NCBI RefSeq assembly: GCF_036321535.1 | Contig: NC_087436.1 | Coordinates: 120,964,001 to 121,028,000, forward strand | DNA length: 64,000 nt | Origin: Camelus dromedarius | Taxonomy: Eukaryota | Direction: 5' to 3' | Part shown: one piece after another, positions 25,576-38,395 of the stretch | Layout of the letters: the number at the start of each line of letters is the position of its first letter | Position numbering within the stretch: position 1 is the stretch's first letter | Position numbers and translations under genes: made by a program | Notes under the pieces: generated by a model | Seen by the model: the letters and a program-made list of their open reading frames with translations, nothing else | Told to the model about the DNA's origin: nothing | The model's database searches: none

Positions 25576-25914
25576 GCATGAGCGATCACAGAGAGGAGAC
25601 CTCGGACCCCAGAAGGAGAGCCCAGGGGTCCCACAGTGTGCTAACTGGATCTCGTCTCTAGATAAAGGGCGAGGAACGGTGGAGGAAATGGGGCTGAGAC
25701 CCACGTCACCAGGCGGTGCGGATCAGCAGGATGGGGCGGCTTACCCTGGACGCAGAGAGGGGCTAGGAGAGCAGGGGCCTCCCCCCCATCCCTGCCCGCG
25801 CCAGCCTCGCTGGCGGTGGACCACACCACGAGGCTGCGGGAGGCGTTGTCCTTCTGGCTTGGGGACCCCCGGGGCTCCCGTCCTGCCCCATGACCACGGG
25901 GGCCTCGGACTCCA

Positions 25915-26000
25915 GGCTCCAGTCCTCATCTGTAAAATGCGGGTCATCGTGATCCCACCAGTGCGGCTCTCCCAAGGAGTGAGTGAGCTAAAATACACGG
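25915..26000 (+). mobile_element. MIR fragment
   Basis: cagtcctcatctgtaaaatgcggg...gagtgagctaa. Confidence 0.6.
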
Positions 26001-26994
26001 AAACTTCTGGACAAGCGTCCCGTTCATGGGGAGGCATGTGGTGGGCCCCCTGGGAAAGTCAGCTGTTGTTGTCATGAAGGATTTGGAACCCTGCTCGGTG
26101 CGTTGACCTTGAGCATGTCCTGTGCAGACCCCAGGGGCCAGGTGGGGGACCCGTCAAAGCTGGCAGGAGACACAGAGTAGAGCAGCCCATTCAGTGACGA
26201 GGCTGTCAAGGGGGCCGCCGTCAAGGGAGTCGCCTTCTCGGAGCAAGGCTGTTGGGGTCCAACAGACACTCCCATGGGAGAGGCAAAAAGCAAGCTCGTG
26301 GCTAATGGGCCAGGGGCCAGAGTGAGGCCCCACAGTGTCCTGGCTCGTCTGGGGCCTGAAGTGGCTGGGCTGCAGGACTGGTCCAAAGGCAGCCCTGCCA
26401 TGCGGTTTCCGCCCTGACTTGGGACCGGGGTAGGGGGTGGGGGTGGGATGGGGGTGACGCCACATCCGAGCCCCGCAGTCCATGGCTCCCGACCCTCCAC
26501 TCATCCCCACTGGGAGCCTGCGGGGGCCCAGGGTCTCCCCCTGCCCCCAGCACCCCACCCTCCTGGTGCGCCACGGCTGTGCAGCCCAGGGCTTCCCGGG
26601 TGGAGGTCTGCTCTGTAAATAAGAAGGCAGATCATCAGGTCGCCACCTTGTTCCCTTTGGTGAAGCAGGTCCCTGGGTGGGCGGCGCACTCTCTTCGCCT
26701 GTTCAGCTGCCAAGCTGACTTCTCAAACCTCCTCTGCAGGAACATCCTAATTGTGTTAGCCTCCATTTAAGACTTCCGTTCAAATACGTGAGAGTCCCAG
26801 CCCTTGCCAACCTGCCGGTGTTCTGGGCAAGCCCGTCCTGCGTGCTTCCACCAGAAGATGCATCAGGGAAGTGGGAGGGAGGGGGAAGAGGGCTGGGGGC
26901 CCCAGAGACCCCCTCCTCCAAGCCGGGATGCTGCTGGGGCACTAAACGCACGCTTGCCCCCACACAATCTGCTACACCCTGTGGGGCAGCTGCT

Positions 26995-27120
26995 GTTACG
27001 ATCCCTGTTTTAGAGTCCATGAAACAAGGCTCAGAAAGGGTAAGTCACACGCCCAAGGTCACCCGGCTTGGAAGCAGCAGAGTGAAGATTTAAGACAGGT
27101 CAGTCTGACTTCCAAGCAAC
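26995..27120 (-). mobile_element. MIR fragment
   Basis: gaaacaaggctcagaaagggtaagtcacacgcccaaggtcacccggc...caggtcagtctgacttccaagc. Confidence 0.7.
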
Positions 27121-28054
27121 ACTCTTTGTCTCCTGTATTCACAGGAAGGAGGGGCTGCAGGCAGCCCTCAAGGACCCTGGGGAGTCAGCATGGAGCTCTG
27201 TAATTAGGTTAGGAAGTAATAATTATGCAAACCCTGGTGGGGGACTTGGTTGACTAGAAATTCAGGTCGAGATGGCCAGCCGGCCAGCCGGGGAGGCATC
27301 TGGGCCTCCTTCCCTTGGAGGCGCATGTCAGCAGCATCGGGGCGAGGCTCCGCCTCCTCCAGGCCTTGGAACGTGACTCTGGCTGCTCCTGGGTGATGTG
27401 CCGGATTCTCTCCCACCAGCCAGGAGGCTCCACCCCCTGCCCCGGGGCCTGGGGGAGAGGACCCTCCTTCACACACTCGTCTGGGTCCCTCTTAGCACAG
27501 AGCAGCGTTGTTGGGTGCAGGCTGGCTTTCGAGACCGCAGTGTGGTCAACTGGTCGGGAGTAGAGTACCCCTCCCCCCACAGGGCAGATGATGGCCATGG
27601 TCATGACCGCATTGTTCCTACTGCATCATCGCCCCCATCCCAGTGCAGGGGCAGGCAGGGCCTCGACACTCTTGCTGAATAAATGTCACAGAAGGAAACC
27701 CGGAGACGTGAGTGGCAAGAGCTTGTGTGTGTGTGCCAAAACAGCCCACTCTGGGCTGCCTCCACGACCAATTCCATTTCCAGCCTATAGTCCAGTGGCT
27801 GCCACGTCCGCCCCCACCCCCAGGAGCTGATGCCATCAGGGAAACTCTTCAAGCCCATACTCCTCTGGGAATATCACCTTGTTTACACACAGATAAGGCT
27901 ACTCGGTAGCCAGCTGGATATTGATCGGGATCCTCAAAGCACATGACTCAGTGTGCAGTTCTGACCTTTGACCTGATGGGTAAATACGGGCAGCCTGCAA
28001 ACATGTGTGAGCACCTGGGCCCTACACAGGGCTGGGACGGGGCAGGCGGGTGTC

Positions 28055-28335
28055 CCACATGGATGGATGGTGGGTGGACTGGTGACGAGCAGGCAGATGG
28101 GTAGACAGGTGAGAGGACGGACAGATGGGTGGGATGGGTGGTAGCTTTGTGGATGTGTTAGTGGAAGGCTGGGAGAGAGGACTGCAGCTGAGTAGCTGGA
28201 CGGTGAATCATACACAAACAAGTGAATGCATCGTAGATGGTGGGTGACTGGATGGGCAGAGGGTGGCACGGATGGATGGGTGGGTGGATGGGTGGGTGGG
28301 TGGACGGATGGACAGACGGAAGGAAGGGTGAGTGG
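28055..28335. repeat. (TGGA/TGGG)n simple repeat
   Basis: ggatggatggtgggtggac...gatggatgggtgggtggatgggtgggtgggtggacggatgg. Confidence 0.85.
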
Positions 28336-29589
28336 ACAGAATGGCCTGTGGGTTATAGATGGCGGATGGAGGGGGAGGGATCATAACTTACACACGCTTT
28401 TTAAAAAAAAAAAACAACTGGAAAAAGCCTGAGGGAAGAGGTTGCAGCATCAAAACTGGGTGGATGCTTGAACATTCTGAGCACCACACATGAATAAGAA
28501 TGGAGTGAGGATGTGTGGCTTTCCAAGCAATCACCTGAGACATGGGCCCAAGAAGGGGCTGAGGGGCCCACAGTCCAGCCAGAGGGCTGCCACCAGCCCA
28601 GCGGAGGTTCTCCGCGTGGTGCTGTCCCTCCACCATGTCAGGGCCATGGCTCCCACCTCTTTGCCCCTCAAGCCAAGCACATAGAAACCACTGGAAGCTC
28701 CATCCTGGCCTGGGCTTGAGACCCTGGGTCAGAGGCTCCAGGCGGCGCCCACAGCACCCTGAGCCAAGTCTCCGCGGAAGGAGGCAGGGAGAAGGTGATA
28801 AGGGAGAACTGAGGGCTGGGCCCCGCTCCAGGGCCCTCGGAGTACAGGTGGAGGTGGTGCTGTGCCCAGGAGGGGCTGGCAGGGTGTCCCTCCAGAGAGG
28901 AGCCCCGTAGCGCTCAGTCCCTCTAGTGTGGGTTGGTCCATGGCCCCTGGACAGTACAGACATCCAGACATCACAGTTCCCATTGTGAAGGAGGGAACAC
29001 CTCCGGGAAGTTCCAGGAGAGGAAAGACTTGTCCCAGGGGCCCACCCGGTCCTGGCGGCGGCCACACTCAGCCGGGTCAACGCAGTGCAGGTGGACGCGG
29101 AGGGGAGCGTGTGGGGCCTGGCAGGGAGGGCCCCGGGCTGGAGCAGGGGCCCAGGGCCTAGCGTCCAGGTTCACAGGCTCTAAGAAAGTAACAGTAACAG
29201 TAACAACAGTGCCTGCGGGGTGAGTGCCCCGGTTCCGCCTCTTCTCGGCTGGAGAGACCTTGGCTCAGGCAGACGCTCATCACAGCGCACGCCTGGGAGC
29301 CGCCCGCTGCACACAGGCCCGGGCTGGCTGCGCGCAGGGGCAGCCCCGGGCAGGCCCGCGGCCACGTGGACTTGGCCCTCTCCTCTCCACCCACAGCTTC
29401 GCTCCCAGCCTCGCCTCTCCAACCCAGAGTAACCTGAGTAAGCCCCCACCAACCTTCCTCTGCCCTGGTCTCTTCCCCTCACCCTCCTGTCCTCTTCCAG
29501 AACCACACCACAGAAGGTCCTCGAGTTTGGGTCCCGGCGCCTCTGGACACCCCCGCCGCATGACGAGTGAGAAAGAGTGAGGAAGGGGC

Positions 29590-29780
29590 AGGTCAGGGGC
29601 AGAGGCTGAGCCTCCGGGAAATGTCCAGGAGGCAGGTGGACACTTGGGTCTGAGGCTCCAGGCCGTGGTCAGTGCTGAGGATGGAGAGGTGTGTCCCCAG
29701 CGTATCCGGGGAGGTGGTGCAGCGAGGCCAGAGCCCTGGGGACACACTGTTGACAGCCCTGGATAAGGGGTGGATGGAGG
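29590..29780 (-). mobile_element. L2 internal fragment
   Basis: aaatgtccaggaggcaggtggacacttgggtctgaggctccagg...gctgaggatggaga matches antisense L2. Confidence 0.6.
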
Positions 29781-31299
29781 GGGGGCTGGAAAAGAGACAG
29801 AAGGGGGAGGAGAGGCAGGGACAGGAGACCGCACCTAACGCAGAGGCTGCCCGCAGCCCTCGTCGCCTGGATGAGCCACGTTCAGGAGAAGCGCAGGGTT
29901 CTTCCAGAAATGAAGGCAGGAAGGATGGGCACCAGGTCCCCAGGAGTTCTGGGGGGCGTGTCCTCGCGCAGAGACAAAGGGACCACCCAGGATGGAGTCT
30001 GTCACACCCTCCCTCCCACTGATGCCCTGGTCCTTGGACCACATCCACCCTTGGCACAGGCAGGCGGGACCGAGCCCCTGAGGGGTGGCGGGACCCGGAG
30101 AGCCTGGGAGGGCTGCGCTGGGAGACGGGCTGACGCGAGGACGAGACCCAGCAGCACGCTCCTCGGGACGGGGACGGGTCTCTGCTCCGCATCCCTGTGG
30201 TGGTGCCACCATCTCCCCACACAGCCCTTCCCCGGGGCAGCTCCGACGGTGACCCATTTGCTCCCCCAAAACAGGCTGGAATCTGCCTGCAGGTATTTTC
30301 CGTCCTGGCTCAGGCCTCTTCCTGACACCGGGTGGCTCGATTTAAGCCTCCTGCTAGGTCAGCAGGTTTGCAAACCACAGGTCTCTTCAATTTCTTTGGG
30401 AAAAAAAATAAATAAAGACAAGAAAACTGTTTTCCAAAGTACTATCCTTCTTCCCGGTCATAGCTGCGGTGCCTGGCTCCGGCCCGGGGCCTGTGGGACG
30501 ACAGGTCCTGGTGGCTCGGCCCCAGGGAGGGGCTTAGGCGTCGCAGCCCGGGGTCACCTGCTGTCCCTCCACGAGGACTGGGCAGCTCGGGGGCTCTGGC
30601 CGAGCCGGGCAGGGCAGGAAGTGAATCTCCACCCCCTCACCCTCCAACACGGCAGGCGGCCCTGGACAGCAGCGTCCGTCCGTTCGAGGAACAGCAATGG
30701 ACACTGACTTGGGGGGTGAAGCCGGGCGTCTGGAGGCCTCTCCGAACTGGCTAAGCCCCCACCATCAAAGGGCCTTCCCTGCCACCAAAGGTCCGGAGCC
30801 CATCAGGAGACAAGTCCACTGGCCTGGCTATCCCAACCCACTCTCACGGAGTAGCCGCAGCTGGACCAGAGCGCCCCTCCCTCGGGCGTGCAGCTGCTTC
30901 TCCTCCTGGCCATGCAGGCCCCGCCGGCCCCGGGGCTCCTCCACCCGAACTTTGGGGAGCACGTGTCTTCGGTTCTTTGGGCTTTGTACCTGTGGGTGGA
31001 ATTGCTCAGAATAAGAGGGTTTTAAGACAAAACACCAACAGTTCGTCAGGGTGGGATGAGGAAGATGGAAGTTGGGGCGAGAGGACAGGGACTTGGGTGT
31101 GTGCGGTGGGGGAGGGCCCGGAGGGCGGCGGGCGGGCGGAGGGCGGAGGGCGGGGCCTGCTCCCAGCGTCCAAGTTCCTGGTGAGAGGCAGGTGCCCGGT
31201 TCTCTCGGTTAGTGGGACTTCCATAAAGTCACCACCAACACCGAACCACTGCTCCTGGGGGCGTGCAGGAGAGGGTCCTGCCAGCTTCTGGTCACAACA

Positions 31300-31780
31300 T
31301 GTTCATCAGCCCGTCAGCACGGAACCTTGTTTTGTGCGTGTTCCTGCTCAAAGACGGCTTACCGCAGATACACGCTGATGCAGCGCCCCGGGCTCGGGTC
31401 CCGCGCTGCCGTAACTCAGCGAGAACAGAGTTCATCTCCACACGCAGCTCCTGGCCACACAGCCCACTTCTCACACTCAGAACATCCCTTCATCGCACGA
31501 CCTCAGGGACATCTTCAACTGCGAAATCACCAACCAAAACACAGAAAGGCAAAAAGCACAGCACTAAGTAGACCACGAGAAGGATGCTTGTTTACAGCAT
31601 GAGCTGACACGGAGGACGGCGTGCCTCGGTCCCCGTCAGCCAGCGGTGTGTCCGCCGGGCCACACTGCATTGTCCACCAGTGACCCCTAAAGAACCACGA
31701 GTATTGGTTTGGGGGTTTCAAATGCACTTCAGCGAGTAGGTGAGTTCACAAATACAGAATCCACAAATAGTGAGGCTGGC
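31300..31780. mobile_element. TcMar-Tigger-type non-autonomous DNA transposon (MER82-like)
   Basis: gcgaaatcaccaac...gcactaagtagaccacgagaaggatgcttgtttacagcatgag...gagtattggtttgggggtttc...gcgagtaggtgagttcacaaatacagaatccacaaatagtgagg; the subfamily name is from memory. Confidence 0.6.
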
Positions 31781-33002
31781 CGTGAGCGAGGCTGTGAGTG
31801 AGGGTGGCGAAGGGGTTAATACTCCCGCCCGGCCTTCCCCGTCCTGCTCCCTGAGCCAGGGGCTCCCTGCCTCAGGCCTCCAGCCAGACGTGACCAAAGG
31901 GAAGCACTGGTCGGCAGGGAGGCAGCTACTCACAGTCAAGGTGGGGTAGGGGCAGACCTGCCCCAGCCGAGAAGCCCGGTAACCTTAAAAACTCTTCCTA
32001 CAAAGACACCCGGAGGAAGCCTGGCTGGGGCGGGGGCGGGGCCGCCCACAGAGCAGGGGAAGAGGTGGGACCGCTCTGCGGGGGGCTCCCCCTCCGGGAG
32101 CAGAGCTGATGACCAACTAGTGGGCCAGCCGGTCTCACCGCCCCCACCAATTCAGAGTCCAGTCAGGAAAAAGGGGAAAGAATGGATACTCTCCCCAAAG
32201 CAGAGTTCCTTGTTCAAGAGCTAAATACCACAGAGACATCTCCGCTGAGACATGGCAAAATAAATTCTCTCAGGCTGCACGGCCTCCCGTCTGTTTCTTT
32301 CACCAGCCCTGTTAGGAGCTGTTTCCAACAGCTGACACGTGAGATTGTGCTAGGTTTTCAATTTGCCCAAAAAAGCCGAGCCAGGATGTCCCCACACCAC
32401 CACCCGCAGGAGGGCATCTGGGGAGGGGGACCTTGCAGTCCACACTGGGCTGCGTGTCCAGCCTCGGGCACCGACCAGCCAGGTCTCTGCGGTGAGTCTC
32501 TTCATGTCTCTGCGCCTCAGGCTGCTCGTCCATAAAATGCAGATTCTGTTAAGCAGCTATGGGAAGTCGGTGACATTTAGGGTGCCCAGCCGATAGCATC
32601 AGTGGGTGTTTCTGGATAATTCGATGGGACGCAGCCTTGGATCTAAGCCCCTTACATTTATGCCTCACTGTGTCCTTGCAAGACCTCCAAGTAAGTGCAA
32701 TGACGATTCCCGCTTCACAGGAGGGGAACCCAAGGCAGAGAGCAGGTCTCACTTGCTGTCCCGGCAGCCTGACTATCTGGCTGTCAGGTCTGGAGCTCTG
32801 TAGCGGAGATGTGCTTGGAACTGGGGGTGGGTTCCTAATGGAATTCCTGAGGGTGGAGGCAGAGGAGAGGACCAAGGCCTGGGGTGAATGGAGGAGGGAA
32901 AGGACGTCCCATGGACTGAGGGTTGGGTGAGGTCCCAGGAAGAGCCAACCTCGGGCGAGTGGTCCCGGGAAGCCCAGAGACCCTGGGGAGCTTGTGCAAA
33001 GC

Positions 33003-33107
33003 ATGTCCAACCGCCCCGTTCACCTGGGACTGGAGGGGTCCTGGGACATGGGACTATCTGTGCTAAAACAGGGACAGTGCCGGGCAAACCAGGACAACTG
33101 GTGCCTG
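33003..33107. mobile_element. MER81 (hAT-Blackjack) MITE
   Basis: ccaaccgccccgttcacctgggactg...gggactatctgtgctaaaacagggacagtgccgggcaaaccaggacaactggt spans nearly the full short element. Confidence 0.7.
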
Positions 33108-34009
33108 GCAGTTAGTTTCCACGAGCCCCTGGAGGCAAGAGGAAGCGGCGAAGGCTGAGGCCGCCTCTTCCCCCACCGCCTGCCTCCCTCCCCGCAGTTC
33201 TGACAGAACGCTGCCTTCTGGGAGGCTGTCTCCTCAGCGGGGTTTATTTCCACCCACCGGTGGGATAACTACAGGGAAGAGTGAAAAAAGTGAAGTTGAA
33301 GGAGCTGCAGATTAGAGGAAAGTGCCGACCACTTCCCTCGAGGCCCTCGGTGCATTTAAAGGGAGCTGAGGCCAGTGGTACCTTCCCAGCTCTGCACAGA
33401 GGGCCCGTTAACTGCGCTGGGCAGGAGGCAGTTTTCCCTGCCCAGCCCACAGAGGCAGGGGATTTCCAGGAGCTTCGACGGACAGGGTGACCGCCCGCGG
33501 ACCCCAGGGCAGCCGAGGTTCCCAGCCCGGAGCCCACGCTGGCCCGTCTCCCTCAGGGCTGGCACGGTTGCCTCCTCTCCAGGTCTCGGCTGACGTCACA
33601 TTGACCGTGAGGACCTGCTGGCACAGTGAGAACCACACAGGGTCTCTGACGTCCCCCGAGGGGGGAAGGAGGCTCTCCCTGGAGCCCCCACCCCAATTGC
33701 TACAGAAGCCCCTCACCCTGGTGAGCGGAGCCCTCGAATTCCCCTCCCCGCCCACCCCTCTCCTGACTGGTGGAGCCCAACGGGGCCACTGGAGGCCGGA
33801 GTCTGAGCTCTGCCCAGAATGTTCTGGAAGGCAGCTGCTCCCACCTTGCTGCCTGCCGCAGTGCTGGGGACAGCCTCGTGCTGCCCTCAGATGAGCCGGG
33901 GCACCAGCCACAGGGGGCCTTGGGGGCAGGGCCGGGTTCCAGGATCAGCAACTCCTTGCAGAACCACTGCCTCCCCGACTCCAGTCGCGGCCCCCACCCT
34001 CTTTTTTTC

Positions 34010-34300
34010 CTTTTTTTTAACTAATAGACTTTATAGTTTGGAGCAGGTTTAGGTTGACAGAAAAACTTGGCAGAAAGTCTGGAGTTCTCGTGCACCCCTC
34101 CCAGCAGCCCCCCGAGTGCCCCGTCTGACAGTGCCGTGGTGCACTCGTCGCCAGTGTGGTCCCTCGACACTGGCTGCAGCCCGTGGCTTATAGCCGGTTC
34201 CCTCTCTGTGGTTCGAATTCTGTGATTTCGACAAATGTCCTGTGCCCCCCTTTACAGTTTCACATGGAATGGCTTCACCGCCCTAAACCTCCCCTACGCC
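34010..34300 (-). mobile_element. L1MC/L1MB-type 3'-end fragment
   Basis: Poly-T then aatagactttatagtttggagcaggtttaggttgacagaaaaacttggcagaaagt. Confidence 0.7.
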
Positions 34301-36479
34301 CACCCATTCGTCTCTCCTCCCTCTTCGGGGGCCCTTGCCACCCAGCACAGGGGGACCTGGGCCAGGACTCAGGCCTGGGAAGAGAGGAGGGCTGGGTTCG
34401 AAAGGCAGGAATGGGGGACTCATTTTGTGAATGGGGAGCCGAGGTCCAGACTAGGGGAGCTTCATCCAGAGTCAACAGCCAGCGGTGCGGGTTCCTGCCA
34501 GCAGAGACATCTCCTCCACTCCAAACACCAAGCATCTTGGGCCTTCATGCAGGAGGGAGCCCCAACCCCTGGGAGGCCCCTGAACCATGACCTTGGGGGA
34601 CCCAGGCTGGCCGGTAGGGTCAGCTCTGGAACCAGACACCACCCTGCCCTTGGGGAGCTGTGTGGCCTTGAGCTGGCTTCTTTCCCTCTCTGGGCCTGCT
34701 TCCTCATCCGGAAGTAGGCTCCTTGGCAGTGCTGAGTGCTCCTTGGTGGTGCAACTTGAAAGGAGATAAGATTGCCCTGTGCTGTGTTGTCCCTCCCCCA
34801 AGGGAGGCCCACCTGGAACTTTGCAGGGAGAGGAGGAGCCTGGATCACCAAGGCTGCTAACCGCAGAGGCTTTCTGTTTCCATGGCAACCTGGAGCCTCA
34901 CTCAGAAAGGTTTTGTGGAGAATTGTAGGGCTCTCGGTGGTGCTGGTGGTGGGGGCAGGGCTGGAGGGGGGAGAGGGCGGGGACTCAGGGCCCAACTGAG
35001 TCCTGATCTGCCTGGGCTGAGTCCCTACAGGAAAGCGCCCGTGTGCGAAGCAGCAGGCTCTGTCTGCAGGCTGGGCCTCCTTTGCCATTCGAGGGAGGAG
35101 CGGGTGTTGGAGTTAGGAGGCAGGAAGGGGGACCCCCAGCAACATCAGGGAGCCTTAACTTACCCTGGCTCACCTGCCTGCTGGGCAGAGTGCTGGCCTG
35201 CCTGGTCTGTTCCCTCCCACAGCCTCCTGGGAGGCCAGCATCATCATCCCCGACCCAATTTTTGTAGGAGGGAATGGGCTGGACTAGAAGCCCAGTGAAA
35301 GAACCACCTCAGGGTGGGACCGCAGAACCACTGTCCCGAGTGCCTGCCAGGGCCTAGAGCACCACCCTGGGGGAAACTGGCAAAGCTAGCATCTCTTGAG
35401 CCCCGACTTTGCACCCAGGGAGCAGAGCCACATTGTGTGCCAGAAAGGACAGACTGCCAGAGAATTCTGGGGGTGCCTAGAAGCTGAACCAGAACCAGAG
35501 CAGAGAAGTGATAGAGAATCAGATTTTTCTCTGAGAAGCAGTGAGCTCCCCGTCCACAGGGGGATCCAAGCAGAGGCTGACTGTGGGGAGGTTCCCACGG
35601 CACACAGTGGTTGGGCCCCTTCAAGCATTCCTCTAGGGAGTACAAGGAGCCCTATGATAACTTCTAGGGATCAACCCTTTGAAATGGCTTGCTGAAGGCG
35701 CCCCAGGCCCAAGCAAACAGGGCACTGCAGACAGGCTCCAGCGTGTAGAGTCCCTGACGTCGGCAACCCCCCTAAGAAGGAGGAGAAGGGGTCCCGCCCC
35801 AGCCTGCACGCAGACGGGCGCCTATACACACACCCCTCTCCCCATTACACACACCCACAGAAACACATCCCCACCTACGCTCCTGGGGAGTCACAGTTGG
35901 GGGATGGCTGACCCCCAAGGAAATCTGAAGATCTGGTGGCAGAGAGCACTGGGGTTGGGGGCAGAGGCAAGGCTGAGAGCAGACGTCACCAACTGTACAA
36001 CCGTCCCAGGGCCACCGAGTCAAGACGGGCCGAGCCCTGCGCTGCTGGGAGACATTCCGACTGGGAGGTCCTCAGGTTCCCGGTTCAGATCTGAGGCTCA
36101 CACCTCAGCAAATTCCACACAGCCCAACTTGAGCCAACTCAACCCAAATTTAATTTAGTGCAGTTCATTTCATTTCAATTTAATCCAAATCCAACTCAAT
36201 AGAAATCCAAATTTATTTCATTTTAACTCAGCACAATCAAAATTCAGCTCACCCCTAACCAATCTGCCTGATTTTGAAGGAGCAGCACCTCCTGTGAGGG
36301 AGTGTTCAGAAATCACCCCCCAAACCCAGTGCAGACCACGCACCTGTCTACCTGCCTCGGTGGAGTACACACTCTGGGTCACCCCAGCCCTCTTCCTTGG
36401 CAGAGTGCAAACCGGGAAGACAAAGGTGGGATCTTTCTCGTTGCTGCCCTGTTGTCATCTCCTCCCCCTCCTTCTCCTT

Positions 36480-36830
36480 TTCCTCATCATCATCACCACC
36501 ATCATTATCTTCACCATCTTAATCACCATCCTCGTCATGTTCTATCATCACCATCATCATCACCGTTACTACCTTCATCATCAACACCGTCATCTTCATC
36601 ATCATCATCCCATCACTATCATCTTCATCAATATCACCATCATCATCAACATCACCACCTTCATAATCAACACTATCACCATCATCATCACCATCACCAC
36701 CACCATCACCACCACCATCACCATCACCATAATCATCAGTATCATCATCATGTTCTATCGTCATCATTGTCATCTTCATCTTCTGTTGATTCTTCATTAC
36801 CTCCTCCTCCTCATCATTTTCATTGTCATG
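36480..36830. repeat. (CAT/CAC)n trinucleotide repeat, about 350 bp
   Basis: catcatcatcaccaccatc repeated with degeneracy; it produces the poly-His and Ile/Thr ORFs. Confidence 0.95.
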
Positions 36831-36869
36831 GTCTTTTTCACTGTCATCTTGGTCTTTGTTGAGCCTTTA

Positions 36870-37172
36870 TGGTTGGCCCTCTGAATTCAGTTTCCACATC
36901 CATGGATTCAACCAACCACAGGTCAAAAATATTTTATAAAAATTTCAGAAAGTTCTCCCAAAGCAAAACTAGAATTTGCCAGGCACTGGCAACTATTTAC
37001 ATAGCAATTACATTGTCTTGGGTATTACAAGTAATCTAGAGATGATTTAAAGTATATGGAAGAATGTGCCAGGTTATATGCAAATACCATGCCATTTTAC
37101 ATAAAGAACTAGAGCATCCACAGATTTTGGCTATTGGTGGAATCCATCCCAGTGGATACCAGGGAACAAGTG
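36870..37172 (-). mobile_element. MER2 (TcMar-Tigger) MITE
   Basis: catccatggattcaaccaacc...gtaatctagagatgatttaaagtatatgg...ggttatatgcaaataccatgccattttac...gagcatccacagattttgg...ggataccaggga is reverse MER2. Confidence 0.85.
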
Positions 37173-37244
37173 TCCCTGGAACAGGGCTGTGAGGACTTTC
37201 CAAAGACAGCTCTTCCATACTGATAACAACAGAGATAGGCACCA

Positions 37245-37370
37245 TCATATCCACTTCACAGGAGGGAAAACTGAGGTGCTGGGGGAGAGGCAGTTTGCCC
37301 CTAGGCATGCACTAGCGAGTGACCATTGTCACGTCTGGGAGCAAGATCCAGGCTGGCCAAGTCCAGGCCT
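37245..37370 (-). mobile_element. MIR fragment
   Basis: ccacttcacaggagggaaaactgaggtg. Confidence 0.55.
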
Positions 37371-37984
37371 GCCCCTAACCCCTGAGCATCCCTGCCCGGC
37401 CCTGGGGGGAGCGCCGGCTGCATGCAGTGGGGCTGCCACCTGAAGCCTCCTGTCGGGCTGCAGCTCCCCGGACCAAGCCCAGGGCTTAGGCCTCCCTGGA
37501 CGCTCTCTCCCTCCGAGTGCGAGTGCCCGGAGCTGTCCCTCCTGAAGAGCAGCCCCTCCCTGCAGCTGGAGCTCTGCAGACGGTGCCTGCTGCACTCGCG
37601 GCTCCCTGTCTGGCCTGAGTCTCCCTGCTGAAGGAGCCCTGGTCCCTGGGCTGACTCCTCACCCGCCCCGCACGCTGACGGCCTTTGGGTTGGTTCTTAT
37701 CAAAATCATTAATAATTTCAAACATTCTAAAGAGGCCTCTGTTTCTGCAGCCTCCACAGCAGAGGCCTGAGTCCACTGGGATGCACTGAGATTTGGCAGA
37801 AGGTTGGGTTGTCAGCGCCCGCGTCACCTGGATCCCTTGCGGGGACTGCGGGCGTCCAGGGGCAAGGGCAGCATTTTACACCTCGGAGAGGCCCCGCCCC
37901 GGCAGCCGAGCGTCAAGGCTCCAGAAAGTTCTGTTTGTTGAAGGGGTGCATGAGTGGGCGGGTGGAGGGGTGACTTGATTTGTT

Positions 37985-38395
37985 AAAATGAAATTATTTT
38001 ATTATTATACAAATAATCTATGCTCAGTGTGGGAATTTTGGAAAATACAGAAAAATTAAAAGTGAAAAAAGAGAAAGCAGCCAGGCCTCGCCTCCCCGGG
38101 GAAGCCTGCCGGGGCGCTCGGAGCTGCTTCCTCCGCACAGGCTCCTCCGGCGTGTCTGCTTTCTGCAGCATCTTTTGCACTTCACATTTTCCAGCTTATT
38201 AAATATTCATTGAAATTATGATGTTTTTTTAAAAATCTTATTATGGAATTTTTCAAACATATACAAAAACAAAGAGACTTACATAATGAACCCCCAGGTA
38301 GCCACCCTCAGCTGCAACAATTATCCATTTTTTGCCAATCCTGTATCCTCTATTTCCACCTCTCTTGTATTTTATCGTTATTTTTGGTGGAATAC
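37985..38395 (-). mobile_element. Old L1M 3'-end fragments, host of the MLT1 insertion
   Basis: ttttggaaaatacagaaaa (~38036) and ttattatggaatttttcaaacatatacaaaaac...aatgaacccc (~38239); similar sequence resumes after 38911 (ctttaacgcaaaccccaagcatca). Confidence 0.6.

Noticed and set aside
29871..30707. 278-aa ORF (and the similar 278-aa ORF at 16115-16951)
   Set aside because: No domain similarity, low-complexity GC-driven composition and overlapping antisense ORFs.
36294..36884. Poly-His (186 aa) and Ile/Thr-rich hydrophobic (196 aa) ORFs
   Set aside because: Translations of a (CAT/CAC)n microsatellite in different frames; no splice or promoter support.
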